Assembly: GCA_963514005.1 (NCBI GenBank)
Contig: OY740789.1
Coordinates: 69,192,001-69,256,000 of the forward strand
Reading direction: 5' to 3'
DNA: 64,000 nucleotides
Source: Raja brachyura
Taxonomy: Eukaryota
The notes under the pieces were generated by a model. It was not told the DNA's origin. It worked only from the letters and a program-made list of their open reading frames with translations, and did not search any database. The first letter of the stretch is position 1, and every line of letters starts with the position of its first letter. Shown in pieces: positions 12,198 to 24,775 of the stretch. The translations under genes were made by a program, and so were the position numbers.

Positions 12198-12673
12198 TAT
12201 TATTATTATTTTAAAAATATTTTTATTAGAAGCAATGCATATTGTCTAAGGTACAACAGTTCTTCAAATACAAATTAGACTTGTCACAAAAATTGTACAG
12301 ATGTTATGGAATAATTTATGTATGCTTCTGTTTTGTTTTTTTTTGGAAAGTAAAGTAGTGGTAAAAAAGTAAAACTATAGATCAATAATCAAGAGATGGT
12401 GATTAAATAATAATGATTATATTAAAAAATGATAATAATAAAAAAAATATATAGAAATAAACAAATAATTAAAAAAAAACACAATTATATAATAAAAAAA
12501 TAAGGAATACATCTTAACAATGAATGGAGCAATTTCACATAACAATATCTATAGGGACGTGTATACAAATCCCAGAATACATCTTTTCATCTAATCCTAC
12601 ACCACGGTACTTATTAGGTTACAATGCTGAGCTCAGCTACCCCTTTAAATAATCAATGAATGGAGATGTACCA
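12198..12673 (-). mobile_element. L1-type LINE 3' end
   Basis: Minus strand reads SPFIDYLKG*, then a T-rich 3' UTR, AATAAA and a (TAA)n tail; TSD CCAGTTAT at 12190-12197 and 12674-12681. Confidence 0.6.
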
Positions 12674-13684
12674 CCAGTTATGCTTGCAGCAGGCATTTCT
12701 GTGAATGTCATGATGCATCATACTTTAGCAAACAACAGTATGAGCGGCACGGTGGTGCAGTGGCGTAGTTTTTGCCTTACTGCACTTGCTGCGCTGGAGG
12801 CCCAGGTTCGATCCAGACTACGGGTGCGGTCTTTACAGAGTTCGTATGTTCTCCCTGTGACCACGTAGGTTTTCTCTGAGTTCTTCGGATTCCTCCCACA
12901 TTCCAAAGATGTACATGTTTGTAGGTTATTTGGCTTGGTTTGTACACTTAGTATAAGTGTAAATTGTCCCCAGTGCGTATAGGGATGTGTTAATGTGCAG
13001 GCATCACTGGCCGGTGCGGAATCGGTGGGCCGAAGGGCTTGTATCCGCGCTGTATCTCTAAGACTACATACTACAACAGGAACTAAAGGAATCTATTCAA
13101 CCTTCTCCCCCCCCCCACACTCCGCTATCTGACTCATTCGCAAGAGATGGGACATTGATGTCCATTGGATTACAGGTGAATGTAAATATTTACAACACTT
13201 TCATGAGTGTAGGTGAACTGTATGTGAGTGATGAAATGGCAGCTTCAGGGCTTTCTGGATCGTTTTCCAGATTTGTGCAGTCAGGCTGCAGTCACATTGA
13301 CTCCTCTGGCTTTGTGCAGGGGTGAGTGAAATCCAGGGAAATTCATTGTAAGGATCCATTGTTTTACCCCTGGGAAATTCCAGGAAATAGATTTTCCAGG
13401 AAATCAGCAGCTTTCATGTTGTTTGTCAACCCTCAGATACTGGAATCTTAAGCAAAACACAAGGTGCTGGAGTAACTCAGCGGATCAGGCAGCATCTGTG
13501 GAAAAAATGGATAGGTAATGGGGTGGGGGGGCAGAGTGACAGGTCAGTGGAGAGTAGCAGTAGCAGCAGCAGCAGTTACATCTGTGGCATCAAACTTGGC
13601 TCAAAGGCACAGAGAGGAAGGGTGAAGTTTGATGTTAGTGTTATGATGATAGAAGACACATTAGTTAGGGGAACAGTTAGAAGG

Positions 13685-14712
13685 TGACCTCATTGAAACA
13701 TATAGAATAGTGAAAGGCTTGGATAGAGTGGATGTGAAGCGATGTTTCCACTAGTGGGAGAGTCTAGGATTAGAAGTCATAGCTTCAGAATGAAAGGATG
13801 TTATTTTAGGAAGGAGATGAGGAGAAATCCTTTCATAGCAAAGGGATTTGAGTATAGGAGCAGGGAGGTTCTACTTCAGATGTATAGGGTCTTGGTGAGA
13901 CCACACCTGGAGTATTGCGTACAGTTCTGGTCTCCAAATCTGAGGAAGGACATTATTGCCATAGAGGGAGTGCAGAGAAGGTTCACCAGACTGATTCCTG
14001 GGATGTTAGGACTGTCTTATGAAGAAAGACTGGATAGACTCGGTTTATACTCTCTAGAATTTAGGAGATTGAGAGGGGATCTTATAGAAACGTACAAAAT
14101 TCTTAAGGAGTTGGACAGGCTAGATGCAGGAAGATTGTTCCCGATGTTGGGGAGGTCCAGGACAAGGGGTCACAGCTTAAGGATAAGGGGGAAATCCTTT
14201 AGGACCGAGATGAGAAGGACTTTTTTCACACAGAGAGTGGTGGGTCTCTGGAACTCTCTGCCGCAGAGGGTAGTTGAGGCCAGCTCATTGGCTATATTTA
14301 AGAGGGAGTTAGATGTGCCCTTGTGGCTAAGGGGATCAGAGGGTATGGAGAGAAGGCAGGTATGGGATACTGAGTTGGATGATCAGCCATGATCATATTG
14401 AATGGCGGTGCAGGCTCGAAGGGCCGAATGGCCTACTCCTGCACCTAATTTCTATGTTTCTATGTTTCTAAATTTCATTAGTCAGAGGGTGGTGAAGGTA
14501 TGGAATTCGCTGCCACAGAAGGCTGTAGAGACAAAGTCAGTGGATATTTTTAAAGCATAGATAGATAGATTATTTATTACTACAGGTGTCAGAGGTTATG
14601 GGGAGAAGGCAGGAGAATGGAATGAGTAGGGAGAGATAGATCAGCCAAAATTGAATGGCGGAATAGACTTGATGGGCTGAATGACCCAATTCTACTCCTA
14701 TTCCTTATGACC
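13685..14712 (+). mobile_element. Nested CR1 LINE 3' fragments: a younger copy at ~13830-14470 inside an older one
   Basis: LVRPHLEYCVQFWSP...RRLRGDLIETYKI peptide; (TTTCTATG)n tail. Confidence 0.88.
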
Positions 14713-16339
14713 TTAAGATTCTGTGACAATAAATGGGACTCCAGGATGGTCCAGTGCCTCCTTTGTGTCAGTGTCCACAATGTCTCTGAGTGGTTGCAGA
14801 ACATTATCGTCACAGTGGCGCAGCGGTAGAGTTGCTGCCTTATAGCTCTTGCAGCGCCAGAGACCCGGGTTCAATCGCCCTCCACCCTCATTGAACACCG
14901 CACCGCCAACGCAGGTCTACCTCTGTCACCGCCGCAGCTCCACCAATGCATGCGGTTCCACCGCTGCCGGCAGGCCCCGTCGGCTGCAGCCGATGCTTCT
15001 CTCTGGCTTCTCCGTGGCCTCCTGGGAGGCGTTTATAAGAATAATAAGAAGGAACTGCTGATGCTAGTTTATACCAAAGATAGACAAAATATGCTGGAGT
15101 AACTTAGCAGACAGACAGCTTCTCTGGAGAAAATGAATAGGTGACATTTCGGGTCGGGACCCTCCTTTTGACTGGTCTTAGCCTGACCCACTGAGTTACT
15201 CTTGCATGTTGTGTCTATCTCTGTCTTTATGTGTGTTTTGTTTCTGCAAGGCAAACACTCTCTGCAAACCCCATCCTGCAAAAGTACTGTTGGACACCAG
15301 GATCTGCAGAAGTGCAGAACGCAAAGTGCTGGAGTAACAGCGGCTCAAGCAGCATCTCTGGAGCACGTGGATAGGCCATGTTTTGGGTCGGGGCCCAACT
15401 TCAAACCGATACTTCTGTTATTCAGGTCCTCATCTTCCATCAGGCTCTAGCTGAATATGCTAATGTATACAGTTGAAGCTGCTATATAGTATAATCATAT
15501 AATGGTTATTTGGCTTGACACACAATAAAACTACATAGTTATCTGTTTCATTTTCCTTCGACAAATGCCAATCTCTGTCACCATCCAGTGCACTGATCGA
15601 TCAAGTGAGGAAGGATGGGAAGAATAAAGCCAGGGATACCCCGTGGCCTCTTTATGTCCTTCTAATTCCATTTAGTTTTGATTAGAGACATAACACATGC
15701 TGGGCAGATTCCTCTGGTAATCTGGGCTATATGTCATCCCTCAATCAGCATCACTGAAAACAGGTATTCTGAATGTTAGATGGACACAAAAAGCTGGATT
15801 AACTCAGCGGGACAGGCAGCGTCTCTGGAGAGAATGAATGGGCGATGTTTCGGATCAAGACCCTTCTGGACGTTATAACATTGTAGTGTTCAGGAACTAT
15901 TGTACGCAGATTGGCCTTGAATCTGCAGCCATTGATGAGCCATCCATGCTCATCGTCCCAAATCCTCTCTATGGAAATCACTTTATCAGGCTTGGGACAT
16001 CCCGAGTGTCCGTGTGTAACTGCTAGACTTTCCTTTTGGAATCATGTCACAGGCAACAGAGTTGACGTTAGAGTTCACTCCAATCCAATTACTTTCAATT
16101 CGATCCAACATTTATTGCTTCATAAAGTATTTTAATTACTTTAAGAACAAATCTTCATGCTATATATTTTTATGCCATTTTTCTATGTAATTTAAAAATA
16201 TCAGGTCTCAGCAAATTAAAACCCTCTTATTTCTAATACACAGTTGCAGTTCATAGAACTCACAGCCTGTCACTGGGAGAGCTCTCCAGGATTCAATCAA
16301 TGGTGTGCACAATGTCTGAGCAAGCACAGTCCTCTCATA

Positions 16340-16795
16340 GAGTCATAGAGTGATAGTGTGGATACAGGCCCTTCAGCCCAACTTGCCCACACCAGCCAAC
16401 ATGTCTCAGCTACACTAGTCCCCCGTGCCTGCGTTTGGCCCATATCCCTCCAAACCTGTCCTATCCATATACCTGTCTAACTGTTTCTTAAATTATGGGA
16501 TAGTCCCTGCCTCAACTACCTCCTCTGGCAGCTTGTTCCACCCACCACCTTTTGTGTGAAAAAGTTACACCTCAGATTCCTATTAAATATTTTTCCTTTA
16601 CCTTACCTATGATCTCTGGTCCTTGATTCACCTTCTCTGGGCAAGTGACTCTATGCATCTATCTACCTGATCTATTCCTCTCATGATTTTATACACCACT
16701 TTAAGATCACCCCTCATCCTCCTGCACCCCAAGGACTAGAGACCCAGTCTACTCAACCTCTCCTGATAGCTCAGACACTCTAGTCCTGGCAACAT
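16340..16795 (-). mobile_element. CR1 LINE 3' fragment
   Basis: Reverse complement of the CR1 tail (GGGCTGAAGGGCCTGT) and of the RGDL region. Confidence 0.75.
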
Positions 16796-16809
16796 TTCAT
16801 ATTTCAATA

Positions 16810-17675
16810 GTCCAGAGTTCGACTTCGCAAATTAAAATACCAGAAGACAGCTTGTCCTCACAGAAGGATCTGGATGCTCTCTGTGAGTGTCATTCAATAC
16901 AACCAAATGTCATACCATGCATGTCTCACACAAGATTAAACCACTTTTATCGGAATACAACATTGCTTGCTGTCAACCATCACCCATATCTAGGAGTCGA
17001 ATTAAGCAGAGATTTAAGTTGGGCGACGCATATTAGTCAAGTGTCTAATAATGCAATTAGAACTCTCGTCCTTCTCAAAAGAAATTTTCACGCATGTAGT
17101 ACATCCGTCAAAGAGAATGCCTACAAGTCCTTGGTCAGGCCCAAATTGGAGTATTGTGGAGCCGTGTGGGATCCTTTCAACAACAACACCAAGATCACCC
17201 TGGAGAAAGTACAACGTCGAGCAGCCCGCTTTGTATGTAATGACTACAAGCGCAAATCAAGCGTGAATAATATGCTGACCTATCTTGGGTGGGATACCTA
17301 GAGCTCCGCAGAATCAGGCTAAGACTTATTGTAATTTACAAGGAGAATCACAAATTCACATCATCAAATCTCCCATCATCCAAGAGCACCAACTGCCATA
17401 AAACAAGACAAAATAACGGTCCCTACATCATCAACTCGCTAAATTTCAATAAACGTTGCTACCAATATTCCCTTTACCCAAGGACGATAAGGGAATGGAA
17501 TTACCACCCAACACATTTGCTGCTCCCGATGTTAAGCCATTTAAAAAGGGGATTGGGCAACTAGATCTCCTCAACTTGGTCAAAAAGGCTCACTTCAAAG
17601 TTTGATCACTACTCACTCCGACCTGCGCGAGATAGCCACTGATGAGGTGGTTGCGCAGTAATCAACCAGAACATC
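16810..17675 (+). mobile_element. CR1/L2-group LINE 3' part from a lineage distinct from the local CR1s
   Basis: HPYLGVELSRDLSWATHI...YKSLVRPKLEYCGAVWDP...LEKVQRRAARFV...SLYPRTIREWN. Confidence 0.8.
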
Positions 17676-18427
17676 TTCATGAATTCTCGATGTTAGCATT
17701 TGTGGCAGCTCTGTCACTGAATATTGGTGAACTCTTGCTCTCTGTGGAAAGCAAAATATGTGGCAAACAGGCAGGAGAGGAGGCTGTTAAACAGGAACCC
17801 CCTCTGATTTTTCCTACACATTCAGTCTCAAGCTGACTCAATGGGAGAGTGGATGGGTTCCTATTTCCATTATTGTTTGAAGGCCTTGAATCTTTAATCA
17901 CCTCTGTGGGTACATATGCCACCAGATATTTTCACTTACAACTCTGATGTTTGTTTGTAAAGAATCTCACATTACATAGCAGAATCAATTGTACATTAGA
18001 TCTTATTTCCCCAGATGAACCATTTCAGATTGTCTGAAAACCAGTTCCACATTTTGCGGCTGGCCCACGGGACACAGATATTTCACAATGGTGACTCCGC
18101 TCCTGAGGATTATAATAAATAGGGAGCAACCCCTGGGCTGAAACACATGAGTTAAAAGAAATGGAACATTCTCTAACTTGCTGCAAAATTGGGTATCTTA
18201 GATTTATTGTTGCACATTAACAGATGTCATGTCCTAATTGTGAAGAGATGAAATGGTAGAAACGTGCTTGTGCACGCTGGGTGGGATAATTATTTGTCTG
18301 TTGCTTTGATACAACACAAACATGTAAAAATCAATTAAATATTGACTTTTACACAAGGATTCTCAGTCTGGATGGTTTAAATCTGCCAACATTACTTTTC
18401 TAACACGACTCTGTGTGCTTACCGATC

Positions 18428-18912
18428 TATTCACGAAGTTAATTCCCGGGATGGCGGGACTGTCCTATGTTGAAATAATGGAGCGACTGGGCTTGTATAC
18501 ACTTGAATTTAGAAGGATGAGAGGGGATCTTATTGAAACATATAAGATTATTAAGGGATTGGACACGCTAGAGGCAGGAAACATATTCCTGATGTTGGGG
18601 GACTGCAGAAACAGGGGCCACAGTTTAAGAATAAGGGGTCAGCCCTTTAGATTGGAGATGAGGAAAAGCTTTTTCACCCAGAGAGTTGTGAATCTGTGGA
18701 ATTCTCTGCCTCAGAAGGCAGTGGAGGCCAATTCTCTGGATGCTTTCAAGAGAGAGTTAAATAGAGCTCTTAAAGATAGCGGAGTCAAGGGATATGGGGA
18801 GAAGGCAGGAACGGGGGTACTGATTGTGGATGATCAGCCATGATCACAGTGAATGGCGGTGCTGGCTCGAAGGGCCGAATGGCCTACTCCTGCACCTATT
18901 GTCTATTGTCTG
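18428..18912 (+). mobile_element. CR1 LINE 3' fragment
   Basis: LIPGMAGLSY...RRMRGDLIETYKI...FFTQRVVNLWNSLP. Confidence 0.88.
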
Positions 18913-19275
18913 TTCCTCTCACGGTTTTGTATACTTTTATAATTCCAGCCGCTCACTTTAGCTCAGGCCCTTGAGTCCTGGCAACATCCTGGTAAATCTC
19001 TGCACCCTTTCCAGCTTCAATCCCACTGCTTCACCAGCACAGTACTCCTACATCAGGTGATGTTGTTGGTCCTACCCTTTACCCACAATCTGTTGGTTTT
19101 AGTAAATGAACAGATACCCTGCATCTTTACCAGAGCACACATCATGATAACACTGGAGCTGTACGCTGCCCTTGCAATGTAGGGAGAAGAGCAAGAGGGT
19201 CAATATAGACCGCAGTCTCGTACAGTAGATGCCAGCAGAAGAGGTTGATCCAGCCCCAGTCTCATAATTTCATTT

Positions 19276-19439
19276 GTGTTGGAAAGAACTGCAGATGCTG
19301 GTTTAAAATGAAGATAGACTCAAAATGCTGGCATTATTCAGCAGGACGGGCAGCATCTCCGGAGAGAAGGAATTGGTGATGTTTCCTTATCTCCAGAGAT
19401 GCTGCCTGTCCCTTTGAGTTACTCCAGCATTTTGTGTCT
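19276..19439. mobile_element. Palindromic Penelope-terminus element with a 17-bp TSD
   Basis: Inverted arms; GTCTCATAATTTCATTT at 19259-19275 and 19440-19456. Confidence 0.85.
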
Positions 19440-20694
19440 GTCTCATAATTTCATTTCTGTTCAATTGAAACTGTTGCAAATACTCAACAAGCCAGGCTGT
19501 GGAGAGTGAAATGGTCACTGTTTCAGGTCAATGACCTTTCTTTCGAATGAGAACGATTAGAACTTGTCATCATTTGGAGAGGAGTGGGGACAATGAGCTA
19601 TCTTACTTTGGCTGTAACTGCAGCTTTTTGCTTTCTGACAACTTCTACAGAGCTACAGAATTGTACGTGGAGTACCAGACTGCTGCCTGGCCGGTCCTCA
19701 GCGCTGAATCTGGCCAGAACAGTCACCCACACTGCACCAGTAGGAAATGTGAGCATCTTCTTCAAAGGTCAGAAACATTGTGGTCTCCAGATTCCTGGTC
19801 TCTTGGTGAATATCTCCAATGCTCAAGTACCTTACTTCCACTTGCTCCACAGGTTAGTAGGTTAATTGGCTTGGGTTTCTACACTTGGTATAAGTGTAAA
19901 TTGTCCCCAGTGCGTAGAGGGTAGTGCTAATGTGCAGGCATCGCTGGCCGGTGCAGACTCCGTGGGCCGAAGGGCCTGTATCCGCGCTGTATCTCTAAAA
20001 CAAAATACTAAAAATAGGAACCTTCTACCCCCACCCCACTCCGCTACCTGACCCATACGCAGGAGACGGGACATTGATGTCCATTGGATTTACAGGTGAA
20101 TGTAAATATTTACAATACTTTCATGAGTGCAGGTGAACTGTACATGAGTGATGAAATAGCAGCTTCGGGGCTTTCTTGATCTGACTTAAGTTTTGGTTTC
20201 CAGATTTGTGAAGTCAGGCTGCAGTCACATTGACTCCTCTGGCTTTGTGCAGGGGTGAGCAAAATCCAGGGAAATTATAAGGATTAAGCCCCTGTGTTTT
20301 ACCCCTGGGAAATTCCAGGAAATTTAATTTTCAGGAAATCAGCAGCTTTCATGTTGTATGTACACCCTCAGATGCTGGAATCTTGAGCAAAACCCAAGGT
20401 TCTGGAGTAACTCAGTGGATCAGGCAGCATCTGTGGACGAATGGATAGGTAACACCCTTCTTCACACTGATTGTGGTAGTGGGGAGAAAGCTGGAAAGCT
20501 TTCTACCCACCTATAATCATTTTGAAGAAGGATCCCAACCTAAAATGTCACTAATCCATTCCCTCCACAGTTGCTGCCTAACCCGCTGAGTTACTCCGGC
20601 ACCTTGTGTTTTGATCATATTGTGTGTAGTTTTCCAGATCAAAATTTGCCTTTGCTCCTGTCTGCTAATCACTGGCAACTTATTATGCAACCAG

Positions 20695-21490
20695 ATACCA
20701 ATGCAGTCTGGGCATTATGCTGCCCTTGCATGATGTGGAAGGCCAGGGAGCCTCTGTGTGTGTCCCTGAGGATACTCCTGTAGGTGGTCCGTCCACCTGC
20801 AGCTCCTGACTGACCCACCAGCGGGAACGGGTGCTGTGACTGCATGACCTCAGCATCATCCGGGAGACAGAGATAGCAATTACAGTGAGGTGGTCACGCC
20901 TCAGGTGCAGGCAGAAAGTAGATAGGTGTCCACCAGGACATGGAATGGGCAGACTGTGCAGAAATCCCCTGTGGCCATTCCCTTCCAAAACAAGTATACC
21001 CTTTTGGATGCTGTTGTGGAGTGAGGAGGGGGTTGGGGGATGTTGAGTGGAGGGGAGTGACAGGTCAGTGGAGAGCAGCAGTAGCAGCAGCAGCAGCAGT
21101 TACATATGTGGCATCAGACCTGGCTCAGAGGCACAGAGTGGAAGACATCAGACACGGTGGGCCGAAGGGCCTGTTTCCGCGCTGCATCGCTAAACTAAAC
21201 TAAATCCAAATTTGAGGTCCTGCAGAGTGAATACAGTGAGTTAGACAAAGGGTTAAAAAAAGCAGGGTAGTAATCTCTGGATTACTCCTGGTGCCACGTG
21301 TTAGTGAGCGTTTAAATAGTAGGATAGGATGGATGAATGCGTGGCAGGGGCGTTGGTGCAGGGGGCAGCGATTCGGATTTTTGGACCATTGGGATCTCTT
21401 CTAGGGCAGAGATGACCTGCACAAGAGGGAGGCGTTGCATCTGAAGTGGAGGATGATCAATATCCTTGCAGGGAAGTTTCACAAGTGTTA
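20695..21490 (+). mobile_element. Decayed CR1 ORF1 (Cys-rich N-terminus and SGNH esterase)
   Basis: CCPCMMW...HLQLL...DLSIIRETE, then VVISGLLLVPR...FLDHWDLF...LHL. Confidence 0.7.
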
Positions 21491-22105
21491 TTCAGGTGAA
21501 CTAGAGATGTTTCAGATGTGATGCAGAGGGAGGTAAAAGAGGTGGAAGAGTAGCTTCACTAATCAGGAAGAATATCACGGTGGCACTCAGACGCAACAAA
21601 GCGTAGAGTTCGTCCTGAAGCGATATGGGCAGAGATGAAAATTAAAAATGTGCAATCACTAATGGGATTACAATGGGATTATATGGCTTTGTAATATCAA
21701 GCGGGAGATAGAGGAGATCAGGAGACACATATGTGGACAGATTACAGAAAGATGCAAATGCAACCTCGGATGGTCAGTACGTAGAAGCATTTCAGGGCGG
21801 AGAGAAGAAAGGCATTTGGTTATTATTCTCACGTGTACTGCAATACAGTGGCAAATTTTGTTTAGTGTGTCAATCAGTCAAATCACGTCGTACATGAGTA
21901 CCATCATGGATCCATGGGCAGAGAATACATGACCCAAGATCACATAGTGACTGGCAAAGACAGAGAACGTGAGTGAGCTCAAGCTGTAGAATTTCATGTT
22001 GGGGCCGGAAGGCTGCAAACTGCACAGTGAAGAGGTGCTGCAGCTCAACTTTGAGTTGGGCCTCGTTCTAACAGTGCAAGTGGCCACAGACAGTTGAGCC
22101 AGAGT

Positions 22106-22161
<56 letters not shown>

Positions 22162-22269
22162 GGAGGGATACAGGACAGGATCAGTCCATGCACTGATTTT
22201 AGATGGTCCGGGGAGCAATAGCCCAACCTTCAAAGTTCAGCAAATCACATTCTGAACACCATATGCAGG

Positions 22270-23839
22270 TAGGGTTGCCACTTTCTCACTCACCAAATAA
22301 TGACAAAAGGTGGCGTGCTGCTGCGGTGTGGGTATGGTGCAGGCCCGGGGTGAAGTGAAACCGTGTCAGCCTTTCCGTGGGAGGAAGCGACGAGGGAGTG
22401 GCTTGTGAGGGATCTTGCAGGAGGCGAGATGGACATCGATCTGATGAGCCGTTCGATAAAATCTCAGAGCTGCTACCTGCTGTGACAATTCACCATGAGC
22501 TCACTCCTGCCGGGGCTGCCATTCGGGAGATTTAAGGGGTGTCGGTGTTCAGGGAATTGGTGAGCGCTCCGACCGGTGGTGGGAGGTTGAGAGATGCCAT
22601 AGAGATTTCATAATTAAAACGTGGAAATTAAAAACACTCCCAGAGACAGAAGAGAGAGAGGGAGGGGGAGGAGCAGAGGAAAACTAACCCGGAGAATGAA
22701 AACCCACAAGCGCCTGGTGGTCCAACACTGAGCACAGGGCCGGATTTGGATGACGAGAGGCCCAAGGCTATTTCACGTGTGAGCCTCCCCCTCCCCCACG
22801 ACTAGAGGACCATGACTACCCGACAGTGACATTGTGACACTTTTAGATCCTACTGTATGTTGTCATTAAACAGTTGGTTTTCAAATACATATTGGAATCA
22901 CCGCGGAGCAGGCGATGCCTTACCTGGATCGCCGTTTGAAGCTCTGGAGTGTTGGGCCTGCTGCTTCAAGATCAGAGCTGTGGTTTCCGGAGCTCCCAGC
23001 CTCGGGCCGCGCTGATTTCAACATCACGGAGCCCTGGGATCCTTTTGCAGAGAGCCGCCAGCGTGAATGTCTGCACAGCTCAGCCTGTGGACTTCGGGAG
23101 CCGTGGTCTCCGGTAGGAAGTGGCCGATTCGGAAGTCCAAGTCGCTGAGGGTGTTCTTTCGTTTCGACGTCGTAGCTCCATCATCCCAGTGAGAGGGCCT
23201 GAGCATCGGGCCGCCCGTAGCGACGATTGTGGGAGGGCTCGAGAGGAGGGGGTCCGTTGGAGATTGTAGTGTGGGTGGGGAAGAGCTGGGGACACATGGA
23301 TTGAGGGGGATGGGGAAGACCTAGTGGCACTAGGAACCAGCGCAGTCAAACCCAGGGGAGTGGGAGTCTGCAGCGTGGAAGCTTCAGGCCCAGTGCTGAG
23401 TCCAGGCTGCAGGTAAGGCGATGGCTGTGGGCTGCTGGAGGGTGGTGGAGTGGTGAAGGTCGGTGGAATCAATGGTGGAAGACCGCGAGGAGTGCCACTG
23501 ATGGTAGGTTTTGTAACAACGCCACTATGTCAAAAGTTTTATATGCGAGGACGAGGCCCCGCTAGATCTCGAGGCCTTAAGTTTAAGCTTGTGAAGCTTA
23601 TACGTAAATTCGGCCCTGACTGAACACTCTGGTGATGGTAGGTTAGGTGTATATTAAATGCATTTTCGACACAATATATTCGATTTACGATGGGTTTATC
23701 GGAACGTAACCCCATCGTAAGTTGAGGAGAACCGGGTAGTAGCAGTCAAATACGGGACAAGCGCGGTCCCGTATGGGACAAACCAATTTAGGCCAATATA
23801 CGGGATGTCTCGGCTAATACGGGACAGTTGGCAACCCTA
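22270..23839. mobile_element. Non-autonomous hAT element (TAGGGTTGCCA terminal inverted repeats, TIRs)
   Basis: Perfect 8-bp TSD TATGCAGG at 22262-22269 and 23840-23847. Confidence 0.9.
22735..23618. mobile_element. Second hAT element (CAGGGCCG TIRs) nested in the first
   Basis: TIRs CAGGGCCGGATTT and AAATTCGGCCCTG; TSD ACTGAGCA/ACTGAACA (7 of 8 match). Confidence 0.85.
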
Positions 23840-24224
23840 TATGCAGGAGACCAGACTGGAAGAGAAGGAAGTGAGTCTCCGCTTCATCTGGGAGGACTCC
23901 TTGGGTCCCTGTATGGTGTGGGGGAAATAAGTAAAAGGACAGATGTTCAATCGCACTTTAAATTTTCACTTTCTATCCTGAATTAACTCAATGATGGAGT
24001 TTTAAAGGCCCTTCAGGGGACGGAATTCCCACACACCAGTCATATCCTCCAAGAGAGGCACAGAGTGCTAGAGTAACTCAGGCGGTCAGGCAGCATCTCT
24101 GAAGAACATGGATAAACATTTCAGGTTGAGAGAATTCCCTCCCCAATTCATCCCTCTTTTCATAGAAAAATCCCACCACCAGTCATACCTTCTCATCCCC
24201 AGGCCTTACCATTTTCCACAGAGA

Positions 24225-24775
24225 CACTACACTTCCTCCCATCCTGCCTCTTGCAAAGACAGCATCTCCTTCTCTCCATTTCTCCATCTCTGCTCCCAAG
24301 AAGAGGCTTTCCATTTTAGGACGTGAAATATCCTCTTCCTTTAATAACCGCGGATTCCACCGTTGACAGAGATTCTTCACCTGCATCAGTGACCCATAGT
24401 TCTGTCCCCGCTGCCTGTTCCCCCCAGTCAGAACAAGGATAGAGTTTCCCCAGTCCTCACCTTTCCACCAGCCTCTACATCCAACACATCATCCTCTAAT
24501 ATTTCCACCGCCTTCAGCATGATCTCACCACGTCACATCTTTCCATCCCCACTCCTTTCCACTTTCCTTAGACTGCTCCCTCCACAACTCCTTGGTTCAC
24601 TCATCCCATCCAACCACCCCCTTCCCGAGTGCTTTTCCCTGCAACCACAGGAGACGTAACACCTGTAGCTATACTTCTTCCCTCACATCTATCCACTGAT
24701 CCCAGCAGTCCATGCAAGTGAGGCAGAGGTTGACATGCATCTCCTCTAACCACATCGCCTGCATTCTGTGCTTCC
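24225..24775 (+). mobile_element. Decayed Penelope-like fragment
   Basis: YTSSHPASCKDSI and downstream sequence collinear with 6940-7520. Confidence 0.8.

Noticed and set aside
19651-19748. CHUK C-terminal exon (QTAAWPVLSAE versus QTSAWLPPTSAE)
   Set aside because: The match is short and in a poorly conserved region, and no intervening CHUK exons were found.
20695-20783. PLAC8-like gene suggested by ALCCPCMMW
   Set aside because: Better explained as the CR1 ORF1 Cys-rich N-terminus, since esterase remnants follow.
22106-22160. Long poly-G run and its polyproline ORF
   Set aside because: A homopolymer of unreliable length, with no coding support.
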